Origin: Naegleria gruberi
Taxonomy: Eukaryota
Assembly (NCBI GenBank): GCA_000004985.1
Contig: GG738855.1
Reading direction: 5' to 3' (one strand)
Length of the DNA stretch: 64,000 nucleotides
The position numbers were made by a program, and so were the translations under genes. Under the pieces are notes generated by a model. That model was not told the DNA's origin and searched no databases. It was given only the letters and a program-made list of their open reading frames with translations. This document shows positions 43,313-53,600 of the stretch, piece after piece. How positions within the stretch are numbered: position 1 is the first letter of the stretch; each line of letters opens with the position of its first letter.

Positions 43313-43407
43313 TTCAGAGGAGTATGAAAGAATGCTTGATAATATGTTGAGCAATGTCCGAATCCAATCAAAAATTGAGCGTCGTTTTGTTGAGCTGTAA
43401 TGTTGTT

Positions 43408-45141
43408 TTATTTCATGTCTTTTTCAACTTGATCGAGAATTGCTTGTTCTTCCTTTTCTTGTTGTTTCTTCTTTAATTCAATTTCTTCGTCTTCGTATTG
43501 TTTCTTCATCTTTAAAAGTTCAATCTTCTTTTCGAGACGAGCAATTGATTCATTAATGTATTGGAGAACTTCATGATGTTGTTCAACTTGTTGCATTTCT
43601 TTCAGTTTCTCTAACATTAAGAATTCTACGCATCCCTTAACACATGCAATTCTTACAATTGGAAGAGGATGGTTTTTGAATTTTTCAAAAATTTCAGATG
43701 GCCACTTGTCATACTGCAATACAGACAAGTGAGCAATTGGAATTGAAGGATTGAATAAACTATTCAAATCTTCTTGATCCAAAGCACCTGACTTGATTAA
43801 TTCTTCGTCTTCCTTAACAATTCTCATCAATTCAGCAGCAATAGATTCAGCATTGGTATTCTTTTGTCCGAACAGAGCAAGGCAAACATCAATTGGCATA
43901 TCTGATGGGAAGTGGCAATCAAATACTTTGTTCATTCTGTCTGTGCATGGTTTGGAAAGTCTTTGATTGGTTGGATAGTGAATTCTGGCAAAGATTGGAA
44001 TTAGTCTATCGGCAGAATTGCTACCAAAATCAACGTGTAAATCATAACGAGCTTCAATAATAATCAAGGATCTGGAAAAGACTGTGTGGAACATGCTTCT
44101 TTGGATACTCTCACTGGCTAAAAATCTATTGCCACTACCTAAAACAATAGGAGTATTGAAAACAAATGGACTATTCATAAATGTTTGTTCCAAGTCTTCA
44201 AGGGCAGATACATTACCCAAAAAGAGAGAAACAGTATTTGGGTATTCCTGTAAAACTCTTTCCTTAAATTCCAACTTGTTTGGATCCAAAGTCTTATTGA
44301 TATAGTCCAAGAATTTGGCATGTAAATCATTATATTCCTTTTCAGTTGTCTTGGCTGTTGGATCCATTTCTTTCAATTTCTCCACATTAAAACCAATTTT
44401 AGCAAGTAAATCTTCTTGATAATCCAAATGTCTAGAAACATTACTACTTTCAATTTCCATAATTTCTTCAAAGAGTCTATTCAAAGAGTCAATGGAAGGT
44501 TTCAATGGGATCCAAAACATTGGAGGAACAAATGGTGCTATTTGATAGAGAATTTTTGGTTGACTTTCCTTACCAGACTTGTCTGGAACTTCAATATACA
44601 ACAAACTTGGAGATGATGGAGTATAGTGGACAGGCAAATCTCTGTACAATGGGAAGTAGTAAGCTTCACCAACACAAATATAATCCTTTGACTTTCCTCT
44701 TGGAACATAGCAAAGTTTACTCAAATCAGCATCGGAAATCATATCTGGACGAAGGTGGAACATTGTCTTGTCGGCAGAGACAGCTTGTCCTTTCAATCCT
44801 TCAACAACATCAGGGAATGTTTTAATGAATGGTTTATCATAAAATTTGACATCGAAATTTCCCAACTTTTTCTCGACTTGGTCGTGTGGAAAGGCTGTTT
44901 TAAACCATTCTGGTATCAAATCAGAAACATTTGTAATTTTACCTTCCTCCGATTTTACTATTCTACTAGTGGTAAAATTTCTAGAAGAACAATATTCAAT
45001 GTTACTATTATTACTACTATTAAATTTTGAATTAATTATAGATGATAGGGGTGTTGGAGTTTTATTTCCGAAGAGATTAGTGCTTGCTCTCAAATTTCTT
45101 CTACCATTATTGATGAGGAGACGAGAGGTGTTTTTAATCAT
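43408..45141 (-). CDS. Hypothetical protein with presequence-like N-terminus (possibly mitochondrial), 577 aa from the first ATG
   Basis: The long ORF is 43408..45300. The first ATG gives MIKNTSRLLINNGRRNLRASTNLFGNK... (basic, hydroxylated, no acidic residues). The protein is globular with a coiled-coil, K/E-rich C-terminus. No family recognised. Confidence 0.5.
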   Translation of the reverse strand: MIKNTSRLLINNGRRNLRASTNLFGNKTPTPLSSIINSKFNSSNNSNIEYCSSRNFTTSRIVKSEEGKITNVSDLIPEWFKTAFPHDQVEKKLGNFDVKFYDKPFIKTFPDVVEGLKGQAVSADKTMFHLRPDMISDADLSKLCYVPRGKSKDYICVGEAYYFPLYRDLPVHYTPSSPSLLYIEVPDKSGKESQPKILYQIAPFVPPMFWIPLKPSIDSLNRLFEEIMEIESSNVSRHLDYQEDLLAKIGFNVEKLKEMDPTAKTTEKEYNDLHAKFLDYINKTLDPNKLEFKERVLQEYPNTVSLFLGNVSALEDLEQTFMNSPFVFNTPIVLGSGNRFLASESIQRSMFHTVFSRSLIIIEARYDLHVDFGSNSADRLIPIFARIHYPTNQRLSKPCTDRMNKVFDCHFPSDMPIDVCLALFGQKNTNAESIAAELMRIVKEDEELIKSGALDQEDLNSLFNPSIPIAHLSVLQYDKWPSEIFEKFKNHPLPIVRIACVKGCVEFLMLEKLKEMQQVEQHHEVLQYINESIARLEKKIELLKMKKQYEDEEIELKKKQQEKEEQAILDQVEKDMK

Positions 45142-45217
45142 TTTTTTTAATTGATTGAAAATTATTAATATCCAGCACAAAATGCAAGGTAATATATTAA
45201 GGCATATGTAAAGTTTA

Positions 45218-46525
45218 TTAGAAACCTCTAAAGGTAGTCTTGTCAAGCACTTGATGTAAAGTTCCGCGACCATTGTTGGTTTCAATTTTGTTTCCACCAT
45301 CTAAAACTAAATTGGCTGTTTGGTTGAATAAATTGTAAATGACAGAATCCAATTCTTTTCCTGTTTGTTTAAAATCAGGACCAGCATTGACTTCCAATAA
45401 ATAAACTTGAAGATCTTCATCAACAAGGAAATCCAAACCAAACAATTCAAAACAATGTGGAAGTGGCATAAATGCCAATTCTCCTGAAACAGCATCAAAC
45501 ATTTCACCTGTTACATCCTTGACTTGTTGGAAAATATGTTCCAATTGAGATGTTGAGATTGTTGAATCTTCATTTGCAAGATTCCAGAATAATTTAACAG
45601 ATTCACTTTCTTTGAAATCAGATTCTTTCACTTGAACACATGTATTGGTAATATGTGAGAAGGTATCTGAAATATTTTCCTTTTTGAATGGTCTCAAAGC
45701 AAAAAGAGCCAAAATTTGATCGTACACATAAACCTTAAGAGCACCAACAGCCAAGACATAAACTCTCATGTGGAATTTTCTTCCACCACAGAGCAAAAGT
45801 GGTCTATCAACATATTTCTGAATGACCCACTCTCTCAATTGTCTAAGATCGAGAACGTTGCTTTCTTCATCTTCATCATCATTATCTTCTTGTTGTTCAA
45901 AGTTAGTTGTGAAGTAGTTTTGCAATTGTTCAAGAGAATTGAAAATGAAAATTTCAGCACCCTTGTTGGTGAGAGATGGTTTTAAAATCCATGTAGCAAT
46001 TCCATTTCTATCACCTTCTTGTTCAATTTTTTCATTATTTTCCAATGATTGAACTACTTCATAAATATCATACAAGCTCTCGTCAAAATATTCGACATCA
46101 TCCAATTCATAAATATGTGTCTCTGGGATGGCCTTCTTGAGGTGGGTTTTTTCATTCTTACTCAACTTTTTGGTGACATATCTATTCAAAATACTACCAA
46201 ATTGAGCTTTTCTAATAAGACCTTTTCTAATACAATAATAATTGCAACGGAGTGGATTTTCTATTTGAGACATGACAGTATCCCAAGGAACGTTTTCATA
46301 TTCATCCCATTGAATTTCAATATTCTTTTCCTTGATGAATTTAGCAACACTTTCTTCATAATTAAATTCCTCTTCTGGGTTTGTACTTTTATGATAATTG
46401 ACAACATCGTCACGTGTATAGATATTGTAGAGATTGTGATAAGTACTTTCCGGATCTCTCAAAACACGTAACAATAAATCCCGAGAATAGGCACAGTCAA
46501 GATTAACAAGAAGATTTTTAACCAT
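45218..46525 (-). CDS. Tubulin-tyrosine-ligase family protein (TTL/TTLL-like, ATP-grasp)
   Basis: TTL-domain hallmarks are present: WILKPSLTNKGAEIFIF, RKFHMRVYVLAVGALKVYVY, ELFGLDFLVDEDLQVYLLEVNAGPDF. First ATG at 46523-46525 (the track start at 46537 is TTG). Confidence 0.75.
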   Translation of the reverse strand: MVKNLLVNLDCAYSRDLLLRVLRDPESTYHNLYNIYTRDDVVNYHKSTNPEEEFNYEESVAKFIKEKNIEIQWDEYENVPWDTVMSQIENPLRCNYYCIRKGLIRKAQFGSILNRYVTKKLSKNEKTHLKKAIPETHIYELDDVEYFDESLYDIYEVVQSLENNEKIEQEGDRNGIATWILKPSLTNKGAEIFIFNSLEQLQNYFTTNFEQQEDNDDEDEESNVLDLRQLREWVIQKYVDRPLLLCGGRKFHMRVYVLAVGALKVYVYDQILALFALRPFKKENISDTFSHITNTCVQVKESDFKESESVKLFWNLANEDSTISTSQLEHIFQQVKDVTGEMFDAVSGELAFMPLPHCFELFGLDFLVDEDLQVYLLEVNAGPDFKQTGKELDSVIYNLFNQTANLVLDGGNKIETNNGRGTLHQVLDKTTFRGF

Positions 46526-46646
46526 TTTTTTGTTCAAATTTTTAATGAATTTAAAATTAATTAGATTTTGTTTTTAACACAATCATGAGTTGTCAGGGGG
46601 AAACACAAATCAAAGAGTGGTGAAGTTAATTGGGTGGGTGAGAATT

Positions 46647-47555
46647 CTACTTGTTATGTTCACAATCTGCGCAAGGTTCATTGGCAAAATGTCTGTGTTC
46701 TTTCAAATCTAAGAGATGAAGTTTGTTATCTACAAGTTGAAGAGTTCGTTCAATATAGTTCAATTCTGCAATATTGATACGAACATTATCCAAATCATCC
46801 TTTTTGAATGCTTCATCAATTGATTTTACAATGAGCCTCTTTTTTTCATTGAAATCCATATGATAATCTGTCAATTGATCTCTATCTGAATCAATTTCAT
46901 TAATATATTCATTCACTTCCATAATTTCCATTAAAAATTCAGGAGGTAATTGAACATCATTGACTGATTTGTAATTACAAGGTCCCAGTAAATCAATTTC
47001 TTTAACTTTCAATAAATATTCTGCCCTAGATTTAGTATTTTTAAGAGTTTGATAGGCTGTGTTAACAATAGCCGATTGCATTATTGAAATTTTCTTTTCC
47101 ACTTCTGATTTCATTGCAAATTTATCAGGGTGCAATACTCGTTGTAATTCCTTGAATTTTTCATGTAATACTTTAGGGTTGATTGAAAATTCCTTTGGCA
47201 TATCCATCAATGTAAAATAATCTATGGAGATGTCCTCGCCAGATGTTGATATTACCTTTGAGTTGTTATTACATGATGGTGGTTGTATTTTGTTACAGTG
47301 AGCACAAAACAAGTCATTACAAGACAATTCTTCGGAGCAATTCCAACATGGATGATGAAGGCTATTTGATGATAATGGTTGGGTTGATCTTGGGCATTCC
47401 TTGTCTGGAATTTTGGAACAGGTTGACATTCTTCTCAATAAACTATTATTTGAAGATGATGGGCTCAAATTTTGGAAGAGACATACGCCACTCTTGTTGA
47501 GTGTGGACAATGTACTTGTTGTTCTGTTGAGAATGATTCTTGGCAATCGGTGCAT
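46647..47555 (-). CDS. HSCB: Iron-sulfur cluster co-chaperone HscB/Jac1 (J-type), mitochondrial. It has the N-terminal tetracysteine zinc-binding module.
   Basis: CWNC...C..C..CAHC cysteine module, as in human HSC20. J-domain (DYFTLMDMPKEFSINPKVLHEKFKELQRVLHPDKF). HscB C-terminal helical bundle. Presequence-like N-terminus (MHRLPRIILNRTTSTLSTLNK). ATG verified at 47553-47555. Confidence 0.8.
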   Translation of the reverse strand: MHRLPRIILNRTTSTLSTLNKSGVCLFQNLSPSSSNNSLLRRMSTCSKIPDKECPRSTQPLSSNSLHHPCWNCSEELSCNDLFCAHCNKIQPPSCNNNSKVISTSGEDISIDYFTLMDMPKEFSINPKVLHEKFKELQRVLHPDKFAMKSEVEKKISIMQSAIVNTAYQTLKNTKSRAEYLLKVKEIDLLGPCNYKSVNDVQLPPEFLMEIMEVNEYINEIDSDRDQLTDYHMDFNEKKRLIVKSIDEAFKKDDLDNVRINIAELNYIERTLQLVDNKLHLLDLKEHRHFANEPCADCEHNK

Positions 47556-47592
47556 TTTTTTAATATTAAATTATTATTATCATTTGTCTGTT

Positions 47593-47602
47593 ATGAGCGC
47601 AC
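47593..47602 (+). promoter_or_regulatory. ATGAGCGCAC motif, copy 2 (38 bp upstream of the HscB ATG)
   Basis: Identical 10-mer to copy 1. It has the same orientation and the same distance (36-38 bp) relative to a minus-strand gene start. Confidence 0.4.
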
Positions 47603-47666
47603 TTAAGGGATTCAGTGTTGCGTTGTGCATTGCGAATTGAATTATTTATTTGAATTTCCAACTAAC

Positions 47667-50600
47667 TCAATGTTGTTGTAATTTGGTACAAATCTTAAGG
47701 GCATGATGCTCCAAAATTGTGCTTACTTGTGTGAGTGAAACATTTTGATCTTCTCTAAAAACTTTGATTTGAATCAAGAGTGGAACAATAAATTGGAATA
47801 GTAATCTTTCGAGAGTCTTTTTGGATAATTCATATTTGGAATTATTTTGTTTGACCTTATCGTTATTATTTGAGGCTACTGTAAAGTTGGCCAAAACAGA
47901 GTACAATCTAGACATTAAACTGTGTTCTGTACTATAATCAAAGTGTCTATTCTTGAATGAGGAGGCAAGTCCATGGATTAATAAATTCATGTTCAAATAT
48001 TCAGAATCAATTTCTATTGGATTGTTGGAGAAGAACAAATCATGTGAATGATGAATGGCATAAATATCTGTAGCTCCAAGAATGAGTGAGTTACTTGAGA
48101 GGAATAATAGGGCTCTTCTCAAATTTTCCAAAGCGAATGGAATCTTGTTAGTTGAGGATCCAAAGTAAACTGATTCTAAATCGTTAAATACAAATGAAAG
48201 CATATCAATAGTATCTTGAATGAATTTGCACTTATTTGAAGAAGAAATAGCATCTCCCTTTGAAAGAATTTCTGATATAATCCAAGTTAAAATAGATGAA
48301 AGGATATTGTCAACATGTTGTTGAGAATCTTGATTAGTAAATCCCTTAACTGCAACTTGTCTTACAATCTTAAGAGTGGAAATATCATTAGTGATCTTGG
48401 TATATTGGCATCTAAGCAACAAATTGAGCAGCATTCTATTGGAATCCTCACTGAGAGTATTTTGAGTTAAAAGTTTGTGGCTTTCCAAACGATTTTCAAT
48501 AAAAACTCTTGAAAAAAGCTCCACCATATCTAAAACACGCTTTCCGGATTGTACTGAAATATTTACAGTGAATGGATCCAAGGAAGAACCTTCATTCTTA
48601 TTCAGAATATTGATTAGGCTTTCCTTATTCTCTGAAAGTAAAGAGGCCATTTGTGATTCGATAATTTCCAAAATTTCTTCCTCTACGTACTTCTTTACAT
48701 TTTGCATATTACTCTTGACTTCACATTTGGAAATCTTTCTGAGAGCAGTAAATAAAATTCTTTCATCTAGTTCTCTGGTGGTGAAAGTATGTTTCACCCA
48801 ATCATCAATGAGAGAACATGTTCTGGATGGAGGGAATATGGCAATCAATTGTGGGAATATTTCTGCAAACTCCATTTGGACTGTATGAGACAGAGAGAGG
48901 AAAGAATGGCTTTCACACAAACTGGATATGGCACTAATACTATTGGATGAGGAGGTTGTTCCTTGAGCATCCTTGCAGAACATTCTGATACAATTCTTTT
49001 GTACCTCGTGTGCAATATCTTCATTGCTTGATGTTGAAAGTCTGAAAACATTCTGAATTACTTTAGACCAAGTAATCTTTGGTAACTTTTCTGTCAATAG
49101 CAAATTATGAAGAGAAATATTTTCTCTCAACAAGTCAACTGTTGAATCTTCCTTTGTCAATTTTTGTACCAAATAAATGACGAGTCCACTTTCACTCAAA
49201 TATTTGACTGGAATTCTGTCTGAGCTTTCAAGAATATTGTCATCAGTTCTATAAATGCTACTGAACATGCCTACAAAGAAGGATGCATACTTTCTTACCT
49301 TGATAGAAAGTTTTGGCTCGGTACTTGAACTCTTGAAAATATCAATAGCTCTGCCAGCTAGCTTTTTAACAGAATTCTTTGGCATGAGCACCTTGTTAAA
49401 GAAGATGCTTCTTAACGTAGCAATTGAAAGAGGTCTCTTCTCAGAAGAATTCAAACCAAAAACATCACTATCATCAACCTTTGATTTGGTAATTGGAGTA
49501 TAGAGGTCAGCACCCAACAAACAAGCAATAAATAATAAGGTTCCGATTTGGTATTGAGAAAGATCACTCTCGGCATACTCATCTTCGTATTGTTGAATCA
49601 AGTTGGCAAACTTCTCTAGATATAATCTACGGAATTGTTTACCGTGTTCTGTTTCCTCCTCTCCCTTTCTAATAGTTTCACATAAAGCTCCAAATAAAAG
49701 TGTACCATATCCAATACTGGTATACATGTACAATTTCAAATAGACAGCCAAACTCTTTCCTTGTAGTTTGTTGAAAAGTTCTTCATACATTTGAAGATAC
49801 TCAATCACTTCTTCAGCACCAAAAGATCCATCATGATAGAATGAGAGAACAAGTTGACCAATAATCATACAACTTGGAACACAAAGATCCAAGATTGCAG
49901 AATCGACACTTTTTGGATCCTTAGTAAAGTCATCAATAATGGATTTTTCCTTCTTCAATTCTTGTAAAATTAGTTTGGCTTTTTCTTCCTCACCAACTCT
50001 TACTAGTGTATCGGCTACCTGAACAATACCAAACAATAGATTAGATTTTTGTTTCCAATTCAAATTAGCTTTAGAAACATTCTTGAAAGCTGTTTTGTGA
50101 CTTGACAAATCCTCAGTAATCTCGAACAATTGTCTCTCAGTCTTGAAACACAAACTAAACAAGTTGTTAGCAATATGTCTTAACAAGTAGAGACCCTTTT
50201 CATAATTATCTGTCTTAGAAAGACATAAATTTCTTGCAATAACACCCAAAGAAATTGCGGAAGATGCAGAAGAAACATCATGAGTTGAATTTTCATTAAT
50301 CATTGAGTGAAGTTGAGCAATGAGAAGGGAAGACAAATCAAATAATTGAGAGAAAATATGAAGTTCAAAAGATGCACTTGCAAGTACCATATTACAAGCA
50401 TATTTGACATCTTCTTGAGCCTCTAATGAAGAACTCAATTTCTTCTTGACAATTTCAATTATCTTGAGAACATGATGATGTGCGTTAATTGGCAATGCAA
50501 GACACAAACCAGCCATTGCCAGAATGTAATTTCCTGTTGTGGAAGGAACGGAACTTTGTTCAATACTAGTCTTGATTGTGGAAAATGTTGTCTCAAAAGC

Positions 50601-53600
50601 AGTATCAAAGTGGGTTTGTGATTCCTTTTCTCTTGAAGTTTCTACAGCTATATTGTAGTAATCTCTTGCGAGAGAGTAAAATCCTTGAGTGAGGATGAGT
50701 TGAGAGAAGAAGTCTTCTGGACTACTTCCAACAACAATATCCATTGCTAAATCATTCAAGAGACGTTTGAATGCCTCTGTCTCTGGTATTGGTGTCTTCA
50801 CCTTGGCCAAATTACCTTGCCATAAAACAGCACTAGCAGTTACTTGCATATTCTTCTTACTTTCGAACTGTTTTACAGCAAAATCAGCAAGTGAGTCAAA
50901 CTTATCGAATGATGTTAATCCAATAGATTGCGAGCTAGCCTTCTTATCCTTTGAAACAATAGAAGTATTCTTTGGTTTTCTCAGTTCAGCCTTCAAAATA
51001 TATTGAATGATTGGTGTGGCTGAAGTGAGCACACGTAAAGAGGTTTCCTTTTGAAGTCTCTTAATCAAAGCTTCACACAAAAGTAATAACCATCCTCTTC
51101 TTATTTCTTGTTTAGCAAAAATATTCTCCTCTCTCTGATCTAGAACTTCTGATCCAACTGGTTGTGGTTCTTGTTCATCGTCACTTTCTTCCTCCTTGAA
51201 AGCATAGAGCAAGGTATGAAGTGGATACATGCCAAGTGTTTCAAAGGCAGCACATCTTACACTTTCATCAGAATCCATTGTATGTATCCACAAAATATCC
51301 ATAATTTCCTTAACCTCATTCTTGTAGATTGATTCAAAGTCGACAAATAAATTGTATTCATCCTCTTCCTTTGCCTTCTTTTGATGATCTGTTAAACTTT
51401 CATACGAAATTGGTTCAACAGTGCATTGGAAAAGTAAGCACATTTCTCTGAGAACATCAGCACTTTGTTTGGAATTATTGACAATGTTTTGTCTGATTAC
51501 CTTGTACCAAACTGTATAAAAATCAACCACTCTATTCCTAGTAAGAATAGCCATTGACTTTAAGGCATAACAGAGCACTTGAGAGTTATTTTCCTGACAT
51601 AAAATTCTAGTTACAAGAGGTAATAACTCTGCTCCCTTCTCAATTTTTCTACTGCAAATTTCATAAACTGAGCATGATATTGCAAGTCTCGTCTCCAAAT
51701 CAAAGTTATTCAAATGATCATAATTATCAACTTGTACAATTTGGGTATTCGAATCACTTTGTATGTATTTGGAAAATGAGAATAAGAATCCCTTAAGCTT
51801 GGTAAAGAACTTTTCGTTTTGTTTCCAAAGCTCTGTGAATAATCTCAAAACTGTTGGAAGTAAATCCTTATTAAATGTCATGTTGGTTAATAGTTTCACA
51901 ATTGGAGTAACGTTAATATCATTCTTGGTACCCAACTTTGGAAGTAGTTGCATCATTGAAGTTTTGAATGAAGGATTTTCCTCCTTTGGTAATTCATAGA
52001 AAATCAGTGGTTGTAAGAGTAATCCTCCCTTCAAGGAAAGAATGTCTGATGTGATTGATTCAATGGCACTTAATATTACTGTACGGAGAGAATCACTGGG
52101 AGTGAATTGATTTCTAGATAGTATCAATACCATTCCAATAGAGCAGCACAACCCTGTTGCAGAGTATATCGTTTTAGAGTCTTTGGAGAGTAGTGAGGGA
52201 AGTGAAGAGCTCCATTGTGCACAATATTCAGCCCGTACATTTACCCTATCACCAGATGATGAAAGCATTTTACCAACCAGTCTATAATGGCAAGAGAGTA
52301 AAGAAAGGTCATATCTTTGGAAAATTGGGAGAATGTCAAATAATTTACCGAATGTGGCATCTTGTTGTGATGTTACTTCTTCCACTTCTTCTTCTTCTTC
52401 CATTTCTTGTTCATTTGTAAACTTGTCAGCCAAATATTGCTCGATTTTTTGAATGCATACAGATGCAAGAGTTTTGTTTTCACTCGACAATCCACTTGTT
52501 ACAACGTGCAATAATACTGTAAGGGAGTATAGCAAGTTGGAACAAACTACAACTAGATGAGAACATTTAGAAAATGCACTTTCTCTATGTTGAGAATTTA
52601 AAGAGTCGAAAAATTCTTCGAAACTTTCCTCATTCTCAACAAGTAAGAATACGAGTTGTTTGAGAACCTTGAGCCATGAATCTGACTCTAGTTCTGTCTC
52701 TGAAGATAAAATTGAATTACAAATAATAGGAATAAACTCAACAAAATGCTCCAAACTATTCTTACAAATATCAAATAAATAATTAAAATACATTTCAATA
52801 TCAATTTGATAATGGGTAATCTCCTTATAAATTGACATTATATATCTGTAAACCATAGATCTAATAAGAGATATTTGCTCAAACTCATTACCAATATGTG
52901 ACAAGTAATCTTCACAAAATTCTGCTTCTTCCTCTTCTATAGTAGCAAAAATTTCTTCAAATTGCAAAACCAAATCCAAAATAATTTTCAAAGGAGCAAA
53001 GCAAGATGCTACCACATCAGAATTCAAATCAACTTCAAAGGAAGGTAAAAAGTGAACAAGATATAAAACTATTGAATAACCTTGTTTGATGAGATTGGCT
53101 CTTAATTTCTTGTCACTGTCTGAATCGGATGCTTGAAGTGAGTATGATTTTTCTATCTTATAAAGAATTATTGCTTTCAACTCGTTCAATAACTTCATTT
53201 TGAGATGGGTGGCATTCATAATATCATTTCTCAATAGGGTACCCCTCATTTGATTGATTGGTGTGCTGTCCTCGTCATTCTCTGCAAAGAGATCGTCTTG
53301 TGATGATACAATATTACTTGATAAATTAGTTGGTAAATCTTGTTGTCCTTCTTCGTGGATTAATTTTCTGTTAGTGAAGAAGTGAGCAAAAAGTGGAGAG
53401 AAAAATCTGAATAATTTAGAAAATTGATGAGAATCTGATCTTGTCAAACTAGTGAATACTTGGTTCAATATTTCAACAAGACATTCGTTTCTATTTTGAA
53501 CGAGCATTACTAGAGGAGAACCTGCTGATGATGAGGTTAAAAGTGAACATAATTTTGATGGCTCCTTTGATTGTTTGTGATTAACAACACCATCATTAAA

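Noticed and set aside
27035-47640. Short ORFs beginning at the ATGAGCGCA motif (MSAHRFYWLEFLFAADGDSRH at 27035; MSALKGFSVALCIAN at 47593)
   Set aside because: They are 15-21 codons, not conserved between copies beyond the motif, and located in promoter spacers. The ATG is more plausibly part of a cis element than an initiation codon, except possibly in the ferredoxin model 2.
48475-52420. Plus-strand ORFs (48475..48888, 49255..49503, 50767..51006, 51763..51999, 52193..52420) inside the 2108-aa HEAT/ARM gene
   Set aside because: They are antisense shadow ORFs. The minus-strand ORF is uninterrupted for 6.3 kb with consistent composition.
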